The position numbers and the translations under genes were made by a program. From assembly GCA_013540595.1 (NCBI GenBank), contig JABXKE010000002.1, forward strand, positions 60,050 to 124,049: DNA of 64,000 nucleotides, given 5' to 3'. The notes beneath the pieces are model-generated. The model ran no database searches. It was given only the letters and a program-made list of their open reading frames with translations, and was not told the DNA's origin. This DNA comes from Pyrodictium sp. GTDB lineage: Archaea; Thermoproteota; Thermoprotei_A; Sulfolobales; Pyrodictiaceae. Position 1 is the stretch's first letter, and every line of letters begins with the position of its first letter. Shown here one piece after another: positions 36,998-47,000 of this stretch.

Positions 36998-37678
36998 CTA
37001 ATTACACTGTTTTAGTCTGCCCTTAGCCATACAGTAGACACCATCAAAATCTACTCCCTTAACCTTCTCGGTATCAGCTATAATAACCAGTTTTTCTTTT
37101 CCAAAGCCAGTAATAACATCTAGTACAGTCTCCATAGCATCCTTGTCAAGATGGCTTAGGGGCTCATCTAGGAGGAGTATCTTAGGGTTAATAACGAGGG
37201 CGCGGGCAATGGCCACAAGCTGTCTCTGGCCAACACTAAGCTCTCTAACCCTCTTACCCAAAAACCTCTCAACACCCAATAAGCCAGCAACCTCTTCGAC
37301 ACGATCAGCCCAGTCCCCGACACCATCAAGGAGCAATGGGAGCGCAATAGCATCCATAACTCTCATAGCAGCAGGAAGGAGCAGGGTCTGAGGAACATAT
37401 CCCACTACACGCCTACGAAGCAAAGCCAGGCAATCACCACTACAATCCACCCACAACTCTCTACCATCAACAATCACCCTACCCCTATCCGGCCTCGTTA
37501 CACCAGCAATAACCCTCAAAAGCGTAGACTTACCACTACCATTAGGCCCAACAACCATGTACAAACCAGTCTGAAACACAACGCTCACATTATCAAGAGC
37601 AATGCTCGCCCCAACACGGCTACTATACTCCTTATAAACACCTTCAAGACAGGCATATCCACCACAACTACTAGTCAA
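36998..37678 (-). CDS. ABC transporter ATP-binding protein (exporter, MacB/LolD-like).
   Basis: Walker A GPNGSGKSTLL. Walker B LLLDEPLSHLD. Confidence 0.85.
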   Translation of the reverse strand: MTSSCGGYACLEGVYKEYSSRVGASIALDNVSVVFQTGLYMVVGPNGSGKSTLLRVIAGVTRPDRGRVIVDGRELWVDCSGDCLALLRRRVVGYVPQTLLLPAAMRVMDAIALPLLLDGVGDWADRVEEVAGLLGVERFLGKRVRELSVGQRQLVAIARALVINPKILLLDEPLSHLDKDAMETVLDVITGFGKEKLVIIADTEKVKGVDFDGVYCMAKGRLKQCN

Positions 37679-37702
37679 CCCCCTTCAACCCCCTGTCATC
37701 CC

Positions 37703-38887
37703 CTAGCCAGAGGAAACAAACGACTCGAGACTACGCCGACCAGCATACCACAAGCTACCCAGCCCAGACGCTAGAGGACATGCAGGCAGGACAACCACAA
37801 AGAAACTCCACGTCCTTGAAAGTAGAAATGATAGAGGAGGCATACTACCCCCAAAGAGGCCCTTATAGTACAAGTACGGCACAACAAACATGCCAGCAAC
37901 CACGCCGACAAGCACGAGCAACCCAGAAACAAACCCTAAGAGGAACACTAGTGTCCTGGGTGCACCATAAAGCCTTAGAACACCAATAAGCTCAGAAGAG
38001 GACTCAGCGTAAGCAATGCCCTCTCTAAGACCAACAATAAAAGCAACAACAATAGCAAGCACCGAGAACAGCTCCAACGTCCTCAACATTTGCTCACTAT
38101 AAATATTATTAACGTCCTGCTTATAGGCCTGCTCCCAAGAAACCTTATAGAGCTCAAGCCTAACTGGAGGCCATACACCAGCATACTTCCTCCTAAAATA
38201 GTTAAAGACATCATCTATACATTCCTCAAGACTACTAGTATCCTTAGCACCAACAGCAAAGGTTATCGGCATAATTCTGGGGACTAAATCCAAGTACTTA
38301 GGCCCTATAAGCACGGCAACACGACCCCTTTCAAAAACAGAGCGGCTCCTGACAACTAGAAGCTTAAACGTAACATTAGCTCCATGGCCTATTGACCTGC
38401 TAACATTAACTATTTTCCCTACAAGACTACTGGGCAGCCTATACCCTAGAACATCTGGCACATCAACTAAAACTCCATCAGCATTCTTCAAATGGGACAC
38501 TATCATGTCAACATCTACGTCGGAAAACGCTAACCGTAATGCACTAGGTGAACTAGCAATATCAACACCTGTGGAACCGAATATTATGTAGTCGCCAGTC
38601 TTATTAAGACAGGATATGAGTCCTTCAGCGAGCTTCTTGTTGTCGGTAGGATTCACAAGTATTCTATTATCTATCACTGGTGTATAGTGCATGGTGAACT
38701 TTAGCTTCAAATAAGGCTCTACAAAGTAGTAATAGTTTATGTGTGGAGCAAAATGAAGGCCATACAAGAAGCCTATGACGAAAAAGAGGATTAGTGCTGC
38801 ACGGAGTATAGGATAGGCACTCATCCTAATAGATGCACCGAATAAGCGGAGATAAGCTCTCCAAGTAGGCACCAATACTACGTACAC
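37703..38887 (-). CDS. ABC transporter permease, FtsX/MacB-like. It has an N-terminal TM, a large extracytoplasmic domain and a C-terminal TM bundle.
   Basis: The topology pattern is TM, then a ~200-aa loop, then 3 TM. It lies directly upstream of the ATPase. Confidence 0.55.
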   Translation of the reverse strand: MYVVLVPTWRAYLRLFGASIRMSAYPILRAALILFFVIGFLYGLHFAPHINYYYFVEPYLKLKFTMHYTPVIDNRILVNPTDNKKLAEGLISCLNKTGDYIIFGSTGVDIASSPSALRLAFSDVDVDMIVSHLKNADGVLVDVPDVLGYRLPSSLVGKIVNVSRSIGHGANVTFKLLVVRSRSVFERGRVAVLIGPKYLDLVPRIMPITFAVGAKDTSSLEECIDDVFNYFRRKYAGVWPPVRLELYKVSWEQAYKQDVNNIYSEQMLRTLELFSVLAIVVAFIVGLREGIAYAESSSELIGVLRLYGAPRTLVFLLGFVSGLLVLVGVVAGMFVVPYLYYKGLFGGSMPPLSFLLSRTWSFFVVVLPACPLASGLGSLWYAGRRSLESFVSSG

Positions 38888-38937
38888 CCCTTCATTGCCT
38901 ACCTCGGAACCCTTGTTCCATTCTGGTTATGAACTTC

Positions 38938-39480
38938 CTATTTTGGAGGCGTAGACTCAGGGCCACCACACCATAAGATGGACAGTGTGTCACTACCAGT
39001 AGTGCTCGGATAATGCCAGATACTTACATCTTTAACCTTCATAGTTAAGTCCATCGGGTAATCTGATCCTGTCCTGAAGTCTAGCCAATAAGTCGAAAAC
39101 GCCTTGATATAGAATATTCCACTGTCCCAGTACCAGACCTCTATATGCCCGCTGAATAGTTTCGGGCTAGAAGTTCTACTCCATGGAATGTTTATGTTTG
39201 GCACGTTGCCAGCAAGGTTACTTGGCTGCCATACTAGTGAGGCTGGTAACTCTATCCGGTACCTTGCAATACCATAGACTGTGACTGGCGCATAGTTTAT
39301 CCTTGTAAGACCAGTAGAAGCTGCCCCCTGGCATACGGAGTTGGGATCCAACATGGCATAGGCAAAGGCGACTGCCTGAGCTATTTGTGCTCTAGCTCTA
39401 TCACTGCTATTAGAAGAGTTACTACTAGTGTATAGAAGACAACTGTATTTATGGCTTTTTGAGTCTTCATCGTTGTACAC
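38938..39480 (-). CDS. Secreted protein partner of the ABC exporter. The annotated frame lacks a signal peptide. A perfect N-terminal signal/TM peptide (MKTQKAINTVVFYTLVVTLLIAVIELEHK) is encoded in the +1 frame at 39379-39468, so this is a likely frameshift.
   Basis: I read both frames by hand. The ATG at 39468-39470 (minus) opens a 29-codon hydrophobic ORF that stops inside the long ORF, where the mature region ...RARAQIAQAVAFAYAMLDPNSV begins. Confidence 0.4.
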   Translation of the reverse strand: MYNDEDSKSHKYSCLLYTSSNSSNSSDRARAQIAQAVAFAYAMLDPNSVCQGAASTGLTRINYAPVTVYGIARYRIELPASLVWQPSNLAGNVPNINIPWSRTSSPKLFSGHIEVWYWDSGIFYIKAFSTYWLDFRTGSDYPMDLTMKVKDVSIWHYPSTTGSDTLSILWCGGPESTPPK

Positions 39481-39506
39481 CCTCTATATTCTCCTTATAA
39501 TAATGT

Positions 39507-39525
39507 TATATATATATATATATAT
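39507..39525. repeat. (TA)9 dinucleotide microsatellite.
   Basis: TATATATATATATATATAT read directly in the intergenic region upstream of the secreted-protein gene. Confidence 0.9.
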
Positions 39526-39721
39526 CGAAAATAGCGTATAAGCATAAAATTTAATATACGCTCATCTCCTCTTGGCGCATTGTTAATGCATGAGAAATTA
39601 ATGGTTGGCTAGATGTTTTAGCTTGGAGGCTCAGGCTAATTAAATGGTTTGGGCGGGTAGTGTTTTGGGGATGAGGAGGAGCTGGCGAGCCTAGCCTTTT
39701 GGAGCTGTGAGGAAGGGTTGT

Positions 39722-39737
39722 GGGGGTCCCGACCCCC
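39722..39737. terminator. Perfect palindrome GGGGGTC-cc-GACCCCC, 30 nt downstream of the hyuB stop (minus strand). Candidate terminator hairpin.
   Basis: Read directly from the sequence. Confidence 0.3.
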
Positions 39738-39767
39738 CTTGATAATTTAGTAGTTCGTGTTGCTGTT

Positions 39768-41441
39768 TTAGTGTTGTGTCTTGTTGAGGCAGTACTCTCT
39801 CTTTGCGTGTTGGAGTGTTATTCTCTCCTCGTTGAGGTCGTTGATTATTTTTTCTCTTGGTCTTTGGCATGGGTTGCCGTAGCCTCCGCCGCCGGGGGTG
39901 TTAATGTATACTGTGTCTCCGGGTTCGAGCTTGATGGTGGCCTTTGCTCCGAGTTCTATGATTTCTCCATTGTGTTTTACTATGTAGTGGTGGCTTGGTG
40001 CGCCTGGTTTTCCTCCTTTGAGCCCCCATGGGCGTAGTCTGTAGCGTTCTGAGAAGACTGTGAGTATGGCTTCTTCTAGTACTTGGAAGGCTCGTGTTAT
40101 TCCTAGCCCGCCACGGTACGTGCCGGGGCCTCCGCTGTCTGGGCGTAGTTCGTAGGCTTTGAAGAGTACTGGGTACTCGGACTCTATGACTTCTATTGGT
40201 GTGTTAAGTGTGTTAGTCATGTTGGTGTGGACGCCGTCGACACCGTCACAGCATGGTCTGCCTCCTGTGCCGCAGCCTATTGTCTCGTAGAAAGCCCATC
40301 CATTCCCGCCGAGAGTTATATTCGTCATGGTTCCGCAGCTTGCGGCTGGTACGCGTTCGGGAAAGGCTTCTGCGAGGGCGCGCAGGACAACGTCTGCTAT
40401 TCTCTGAGAGGTCTCGACATTGCCTCCCCCAACAGGTGCTGGTGGGACCGGGTTCACGATGCTGCCCTTGGGCGCGTGTATGCTTACTACTCTGTAGAAG
40501 CCATGGTTCATAGGCATCTCAGGGTCTATGACTGATTTAAGTGCAAAAGTTGTAGCTGCAACAGTTACACCGTAGACAGCGTTTAGGGGCTCGTCGACCT
40601 GCTTGTGTGAGCCCGTGAAGTCTACGTGGATGCTGTCACTCCTAATTTCTACTCGGGCACGTATTGGTGCTAAGTCGCCGTTGCTAAGCTCTAAGTAGTC
40701 CTCTGCATCGTAAACACCAACACTGCCATACTCCTCGACTAGTCTCTGGAGCCTACTCCTGGTATACCTTTCAGTGTAGCGCAGTATTTCCTCCCATGCA
40801 CTTAGCAGTGTCTCGACGCCATACTTCTCGGCTAGCTCACGTACACGTTGCTCTCCAAGGTTTAGTGCTGCAAGCTGCGCCATGAGGTCGCCCACAAAGT
40901 ATCTTGGCGTGCGCACATTGGCTTTTATTAGCCTTATAACGTCTTCTCTAAGCTTTCCAGCTTCGACAATCTTAACAGGCGGTATTACTGTGCCTTCCTC
41001 TAGGAGGGAGCGGGCACTGCCGCCGATGCTTCCAGGAACACTTCCACCAACATCAACATGGTGTGCCTTGTTTGCTACTAGTGCTACAAGCCTCCCACCA
41101 ACATATACTGGCTTGATAACCATCAAGTCGTTTAGATGTGTGCCAGATATGTAGGGGTCATTTGTTAAGACCACGTCGCCAGGCCTTAGCTCCTCTCCAT
41201 ACTCCTCAAGCTTTGATACGAGGTTCTTGGCGCCTACAGGCATGCTCCCAAGGTGTACTGGGATATGCTCTGCTTGGGCTAGTAGGTCGCCATTAGGTGT
41301 TAGTATCGCGCAGCTATGGTCTAGCCTATCCCTTATGTTGGGGCTGAAAGCCGTGTTGCGTAGTGCGACACCCATCTCTTCTGAAGCGTATATGAGCGCG
41401 TGTCTGATCACTTCAACAGTTATAGGGTCAACCCTGCCCAT
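39768..41441 (-). CDS. Hydantoinase B / 5-oxoprolinase B-subunit family (HyuB).
   Basis: 557 aa with Hydantoinase_B-family conserved blocks. It is directly downstream of the HyuA-like gene. Confidence 0.85.
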   Translation of the reverse strand: MGRVDPITVEVIRHALIYASEEMGVALRNTAFSPNIRDRLDHSCAILTPNGDLLAQAEHIPVHLGSMPVGAKNLVSKLEEYGEELRPGDVVLTNDPYISGTHLNDLMVIKPVYVGGRLVALVANKAHHVDVGGSVPGSIGGSARSLLEEGTVIPPVKIVEAGKLREDVIRLIKANVRTPRYFVGDLMAQLAALNLGEQRVRELAEKYGVETLLSAWEEILRYTERYTRSRLQRLVEEYGSVGVYDAEDYLELSNGDLAPIRARVEIRSDSIHVDFTGSHKQVDEPLNAVYGVTVAATTFALKSVIDPEMPMNHGFYRVVSIHAPKGSIVNPVPPAPVGGGNVETSQRIADVVLRALAEAFPERVPAASCGTMTNITLGGNGWAFYETIGCGTGGRPCCDGVDGVHTNMTNTLNTPIEVIESEYPVLFKAYELRPDSGGPGTYRGGLGITRAFQVLEEAILTVFSERYRLRPWGLKGGKPGAPSHHYIVKHNGEIIELGAKATIKLEPGDTVYINTPGGGGYGNPCQRPREKIINDLNEERITLQHAKREYCLNKTQH

Positions 41442-41456
41442 GCGCTACCACCACTC

Positions 41457-43520
41457 TTATAGCCTTGTTATTCTTAGTGAATGGAACTCATCGACGTAGG
41501 CCTCAAAACTTGGTGGTATGAGTATTGTGCTGTCATCACTCTCCACGATTGCTGGCCCTTGTATCCTGGCGCCTGGCTTGAGCTTTGGCCTCCAATATAC
41601 TGGTGTTGTAGTCCACCCTGTTTCCTCAAAGAATACTAGTCTCTTTTTCTCTGGTTCGGGCTTGTAGGGGGATGGTTTGCTTCTTGGAAGCTGTGGCTTT
41701 GGAATAAATCCTACGGCGACAATCCTAGCATTGACAACGACTACCGGCTCGCCTCTCAAGTCATAGCCGTACCTGGCCTTATGCTTCTCGTGGAAGGACT
41801 CTACGGCCTCTTCTATACTGCCGCGGTATGGTACAGTTAGTTCATATGCTTGGCCGAGATACCTCATGTCAAGCAACCTAGTTACATGGATGTTTTCCTC
41901 TTTAACACCCTCTGACAGAAGCATCTTAGTAGCCTCGTCTTCAAGCTTTGAGAAGGCCTCCTCGAGATCGTGGCCGCTGAGCTCGTCAGCTCTCTTGACA
42001 ATGGCTGTGTAGAGGTCGTGTCTATAGTCTGTGACCAGTAGTCCAAGCGCAGAAAATACTCCGGGCAGCGGGGGGACAATCACCTCCTTTACACCTATCT
42101 CTGAGGCGAGGAGAGCAGCGTGGAGTGGTCCTGCGCCGCCAAAGGCGTACATGGAGAATTCTCTTGGGTCAAACCCTCTCTCAATACTTACAAGCCTTAG
42201 TGCACGAGCCATAATAGTGTTAGCTATTTTGATTATTGATGCTGCCACCTCAACTATGCTTAGCCCAAGCTTGTCGGCTATCTTTGATAACGCTTTTTCT
42301 GCAAGGCTCTTGTTGAGTTGCAGTCTGCCGCCTGCAAGCTTGCCGGGGAGGCGGCCAAGCACGTAGTTCGCGTCTGTTATTGTTGGCTCAGTGCCGCCCC
42401 TACCATAGCATGCTGGGCCTGGGTCAGCTCCGGCGCTAACAGGGCCGACACGTAGTGCTCCGCCAGGGTCTATCCATGCTATTGTGCCCCCGCCAGCGCT
42501 GACCTCTGCAAGGTCTATGTAGGGGTACCGGACAGGGTACCCGGAGCCCCTTAGAAGCCTGCCCATGTGGACTTTTCCGCCAACCTCGTATTCATGCACT
42601 ATTAGCGGCTCCCCGTTGACTACTGTGGAGGCCTTTGCCGTGGTCCCGCCCATGTCGAAGCCTAAGGCCTTGTCTACGCCCATAAGCCTAGAGAAGTAGG
42701 CTACTGCAACAGCACCAGCAGCAGGCCCACTCTCAATAAATGCTGCAGGATAGCGTGTAGCCTCACTACTATCAGCTACACCACCACTACTCTGCATGAC
42801 AAGTAGCTTCCCGCGAAAACCATTCTTTCTCAATTCATTTAAGACGACCTCTATATACCTTGAAAGGAGGGGTTTGAGTAACCCGTTTACTACTGCTGTA
42901 CTAGTACGCTCATACTCTTTAGGCTGGGGATCAACTTCAGAACTAGTAACAACAATAGCCTTAGGGCATTCTCTTAGTATAATCTCTTTAGCTTTTAGCT
43001 CGTGAAGCGGGTTACGGTAACTATGAAGGAAAGAGACCACAAATACCTCGGCACGGCCACACCATTCACGAGCTATGCGCCTAACAGCGTCCCCGTCAAG
43101 AGGCTCCAACTCTCTGCCATCAGAACCTATGCGCCCCCTGACACCAAACCTCCTAGAGCGCGGTATTAGGGGTCTTGGACGCTCAAAGAATAGGTTGTAT
43201 AGTTCTGGCCTATTCTGCCTGCCAATCTCTAAGACATCACGGAAACCATTATTAGTCAACAAGACTGCTGTAGGGAGTTCTAAGCCTACTTGGCCGAGGA
43301 AAGTATTTGTGCCAAGAGTTGAGGCGTGAACAACTATTTCTACGCTATCTAGGCTCCAGCCAAGCCGTGTAATAGCCTCAAGGAGGCCGCGCCAGGGCTC
43401 GCGGGGAGTAGTCAGTACCTTCAAATGATGAAGCTCACCAGATTCATCATCAAAGCCCACTACATCAGTAAAGGTGCCACCAATATCAATACCTATTCTC
43501 CTAGCCATGACCCACACCAC
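41457..43520 (-). CDS. Hydantoinase A / 5-oxoprolinase A-subunit family (HyuA).
   Basis: N-terminal actin-like ATPase motif [14 protein letters not shown]. Length 687 aa. Confidence 0.9.
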   Translation of the reverse strand: MVWVMARRIGIDIGGTFTDVVGFDDESGELHHLKVLTTPREPWRGLLEAITRLGWSLDSVEIVVHASTLGTNTFLGQVGLELPTAVLLTNNGFRDVLEIGRQNRPELYNLFFERPRPLIPRSRRFGVRGRIGSDGRELEPLDGDAVRRIAREWCGRAEVFVVSFLHSYRNPLHELKAKEIILRECPKAIVVTSSEVDPQPKEYERTSTAVVNGLLKPLLSRYIEVVLNELRKNGFRGKLLVMQSSGGVADSSEATRYPAAFIESGPAAGAVAVAYFSRLMGVDKALGFDMGGTTAKASTVVNGEPLIVHEYEVGGKVHMGRLLRGSGYPVRYPYIDLAEVSAGGGTIAWIDPGGALRVGPVSAGADPGPACYGRGGTEPTITDANYVLGRLPGKLAGGRLQLNKSLAEKALSKIADKLGLSIVEVAASIIKIANTIMARALRLVSIERGFDPREFSMYAFGGAGPLHAALLASEIGVKEVIVPPLPGVFSALGLLVTDYRHDLYTAIVKRADELSGHDLEEAFSKLEDEATKMLLSEGVKEENIHVTRLLDMRYLGQAYELTVPYRGSIEEAVESFHEKHKARYGYDLRGEPVVVVNARIVAVGFIPKPQLPRSKPSPYKPEPEKKRLVFFEETGWTTTPVYWRPKLKPGARIQGPAIVESDDSTILIPPSFEAYVDEFHSLRITRL

Positions 43521-43573
43521 CAGCCAAGACTACACTTTATCAACATAGAGTTCAGGGGTGCAAAAACAACATG

Positions 43574-43796
43574 CTACAATCCCAGATAAGCCTCCCTGAT
43601 CTTGGGGTCTTTCTCTAACTCTTCTGGCGTACCTTCACGCACAATCCTTCCAGTCTCAAGTATATACGCCCTATCAGCAACCTTTAATGGCATTCTCACA
43701 TTTTGCTCGACAAGAAGCACAGTTACACCATACTCATCCCTCAGCCGCTTAGCAAGAAGTATGACCTCTCTAGCAAGCTTAGGGCTAGACCCAGGC
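43574..43796 (-). pseudogene. C-terminal 74-codon fragment of a LivF-type branched-chain amino-acid ABC transporter ATP-binding protein. The N-terminus is deleted.
   Basis: Minus-strand translation gives PGSSPKLAREVILLAKRLRDEYGVTVLLVEQNVRMPLKVADRAYILETGRIVREGTPEELEKDPKIREAYLGL*. This matches the LivF C-terminus exactly in pattern. There is an in-frame stop immediately upstream and no start. Confidence 0.6.
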
Positions 43797-44820
43797 TAGG
43801 CCCATAAAGCATAAGGGGTTCCAACACTGTCTGAGCATCCTAGTAGTGGTCAGCATTTACTGTCCCCCACCACTAAGGGTGCAAGCTAGTTTTTCCTCCT
43901 CTTCAATATTATATTGGAAAGGATATTGTAGACTGCCCCTAAGCTCTCTTTAAAACTGTCTTGGCTCTCCTAGTGCAGTACTACCACACAACTACACAAA
44001 TCCTCATACGAGGCGGGCCTCGAGAGGACAACTCTAGCCTCAGCACGCTCGTATGCAGACACGAGTACAGTATCCTCTCCATGCCAGAAAAGCCCTCTCA
44101 CCATGGAAAACATGCAGAATATATTAGGAACCATAAACTGGGCCCAAAAGGATAAGAGTAACTGTAGTTAATGCAGTTTAGAATCCCTCGAAGAGCTGAA
44201 GCGGATAAAAATTGTCTGGACGGCACTATGCATGAGTAAAGCTAACGTGAGGGAAGCAGAAAACTCCTGACAAAAATACTGTTTTAACATTGCCGGCTTA
44301 GGGAAGTTTATAGTGGAGAGGAACATCACCAAAGAGGGCATATAAGCTTATTAGGGGCCTTAATCTCGCTCATGCAGGCACTGTTCGCCACGTATACCGG
44401 TCAAGGTACAATAAAGGATGTAGACTAGCTAGAGAGGGTCTAGGCCTATTATTCGTATCAGGTAACACTGCTGAGGAAACCCAGTATAACAAGGACAAGA
44501 CTCGGGATGGAGTGTTAATAGTGAAGCGCCTTTAAATCTTTAATATTAATATTCTGGCTCAGCATCCCACAGACTTGCCCTGGTGCTCGCCAGCGTCTCT
44601 CTTTCGTGATGTTCAGGGACTTACTAACAATTATCTTATCTTGAACTAGTTACTTTCTAGTAACACCCCCTAGTACTAGGAAGACAGCTATTTTATAATT
44701 GAATTGGGGCCACGTACTGGCTAGTCTTGTGTCCATAATTGCTTGGAGGCGCTTATGTCTAACGAGTTTAGATAGATCCGTGAGAACAAGTAGTAATGGT
44801 GTTGTACAGGTGTTTTAGAT

Positions 44821-45243
44821 ATGAGGGCTAGGGGTGTATCAGTTGTAATAGCTGCTATAATAATGTTTACGTTCCTCATAATTGCAGTGATACCACTTAT
44901 GCTTAGCCTCCTAAAGAGTGGGACACAGGAGCCCATAGCCATAAGTGTTCTTGCGTCATCAAAGGTTAGAGAGTCAACGCCGTCACTTAACATTACTGTT
45001 GATTATGATAAGAGTAATGATACTACTAGGGTGTATCTTGTCGAGAACATTGCTGCTGAAGAGAGGAAGGCTACACTTCTTATAGTCCAAGACGACAACA
45101 ATGGTATATACTTTGTCCGGCCTGGAGCATGCATACAGACTCCATGCAGTGCAGGTCTTGCCTCCGTCAAGGTGGACTTGCTGCGTGGCGCGCAAGGAGT
45201 AAATGAAAGCATAGTGTTGGACCCTGGGGCGCCTATATGGTAG
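44821..45243 (+). CDS. Archaeal type IV pilin-like protein with a class III signal peptide.
   Basis: N-terminus MRARG|VSVVIAAIIMFTFLIIAVIPL: a short basic leader, then G, then a long hydrophobic helix, typical of PibD-processed pilins. Confidence 0.55.
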   Translation: MRARGVSVVIAAIIMFTFLIIAVIPLMLSLLKSGTQEPIAISVLASSKVRESTPSLNITVDYDKSNDTTRVYLVENIAAEERKATLLIVQDDNNGIYFVRPGACIQTPCSAGLASVKVDLLRGAQGVNESIVLDPGAPIW

Positions 45244-46994
45244 CTATAACTTCTGGCAAGCTCTTAGGCGCTTATACTGGCGTGTCAGGGTATTCTCCAA
45301 CACGCTCTTCTCCGACGAGAGTTGTCGAGAAGGCATTATATGCAGAGGTTGCTGGCTCGGTTCAGACAAACTTCCTGAACATGACACTGTTTAGTAGCCT
45401 TGAAGACCTAGTAAACAAGAATGCTGGCGTAGTACTAACAACAGACCCTTCAAGTAATACTAGTGACACATCAATACTCTACACAGGTGTTATGAAGGCA
45501 CTTTGCGGGACTAAGGGTAGTAGGAAGGAGGGCTCATTCCAGCCGTACACTTCTGAATGGCTAACTTATGATGGTCTGCTCCTATACAACCTCTACCCCC
45601 TCTATGGCAGCTTCGTCGTTGGCGGTCTAGGCGGAACGTATGGTGATGTGTATAACACTAGCCTACTCGTAGTCTTCGGTAGGATAGACCTGCATGACAG
45701 CAGTAAGCCAGGCATAATTGCTGCTCTCCGCAACGGTTACTGGTTTGTACTGATAATAACTCGAGAAGGCGTAGTAGAATTGAAGAGTAGTACACTGCCT
45801 TCAAGCCTAAGTAGTCTAATGCAGTTCTTGAAGAGCAGAATTGACACAAGTAGGGTCTACACTAAATACGGGGCGTCTAGCGGTAAGAGAAGCCTACCAA
45901 GTACTGGTGTAGTAGTATTTGACGAGGCGGGCTATGGGCTTGTAATGACGGCAGACCAGTACGTCGCTTACTGTACTCCAGACATGTTCATTGTTGCCTC
46001 AGAAGCCCCAGGCTACATAGTGTTAAGGTTAACAGAGTGCCCTGCAGTAGACACTAACCAGCTCACCATGGGTATTGTAAACGCGACAATCATAGTAGAC
46101 TCTTATGGTTATGCAGAGACAAGAGGAGGAAAAGGATACTATGGATACGATGAGACAGCCTCAATAAGTGATGGCGTATACTCTGAAGAGTACACACTGA
46201 GATCCTCCACACTATCAAAGTCATATACAATGGTAAGGTTCAAACTTGTGGGTGAGACCTCCACACTATCCACATACGATGGCGGGGCAGGAAGAACCTA
46301 TCATGGCGTTGACGCCTTCGGGTTCTACTACTATTCAGGGACAGAGGCCTCCCACGGCATACTAGTGTATGGGCTTAGGTGGGCTAAGGCTAAGATGTTC
46401 TATTTTAGTGCAGGGGCTGGCCCAGGAGGCGTTGACCCATACTTCTTGTTTGCTGACACTGACGGTAACGGACTTCAAGAGATGGTCTTCATGACTGAAG
46501 ATGCTGAGCCCGGGTACTGGTATACAATCAATGATATAACTTCAGGAAACAACTATGGATGCCTTGACTGGAGTGTACAGCCTCTATACTTGAAGTTTAT
46601 TGGTGACCAGTACTTTGTTAATGGTAGAGAGTACGCTCAGGTCTCAATACAGGTACGCTACACATTCCACGACAATGCTGGCAGTGATACTGATGAGGTT
46701 GATGATCCGAAGAAGTACATCTTTAGCTTCCAGGTGACAAGCCTCAATGGCTCAGTATTCATGACTGCTGACTACATATACCAGCTACTCGACGATCTAG
46801 AGGACACTTGGCCGCCGAACCAGAACTGGGTCTCAGAGAGCGTGTTCTTGCTTGTGCCTAATAGAGATGAAAACTACACTATAGCGTTTAGCTTCATGGA
46901 TCCCTACAGCTACGCTACACCACTAACAGGGATGGATGACGTTGACTTTACTGTTGCAATAGAGTGGATAGGGCTTTGGAGGTTGCGGAGGTGA
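45237..46994 (+). CDS. Large Tyr/Gly/Thr-rich hypothetical protein (585 aa) with no signal peptide of its own. It overlaps the pilin gene by 7 nt (ATGGTAG) and may be a frameshift-split C-terminal domain of a pilin-adhesin.
   Basis: ORF only. A DTDGNG Ca-binding-like loop is present. No TM segment. Confidence 0.4.
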   Translation: MVAITSGKLLGAYTGVSGYSPTRSSPTRVVEKALYAEVAGSVQTNFLNMTLFSSLEDLVNKNAGVVLTTDPSSNTSDTSILYTGVMKALCGTKGSRKEGSFQPYTSEWLTYDGLLLYNLYPLYGSFVVGGLGGTYGDVYNTSLLVVFGRIDLHDSSKPGIIAALRNGYWFVLIITREGVVELKSSTLPSSLSSLMQFLKSRIDTSRVYTKYGASSGKRSLPSTGVVVFDEAGYGLVMTADQYVAYCTPDMFIVASEAPGYIVLRLTECPAVDTNQLTMGIVNATIIVDSYGYAETRGGKGYYGYDETASISDGVYSEEYTLRSSTLSKSYTMVRFKLVGETSTLSTYDGGAGRTYHGVDAFGFYYYSGTEASHGILVYGLRWAKAKMFYFSAGAGPGGVDPYFLFADTDGNGLQEMVFMTEDAEPGYWYTINDITSGNNYGCLDWSVQPLYLKFIGDQYFVNGREYAQVSIQVRYTFHDNAGSDTDEVDDPKKYIFSFQVTSLNGSVFMTADYIYQLLDDLEDTWPPNQNWVSESVFLLVPNRDENYTIAFSFMDPYSYATPLTGMDDVDFTVAIEWIGLWRLRR

Positions 46995-47000
46995 AGTACT

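Noticed and set aside
39720-40037. 105-aa plus-strand ORF overlapping the 3' end of hyuB.
   Set aside because: It is antisense to the HyuB-family coding sequence and has a hydrophobic low-complexity translation, so it is a shadow ORF.
43602-43799. 65-aa plus-strand ORF from the six-frame track.
   Set aside because: It is the antisense shadow of the LivF C-terminal fragment. The minus-strand translation has clear ABC-ATPase homology.
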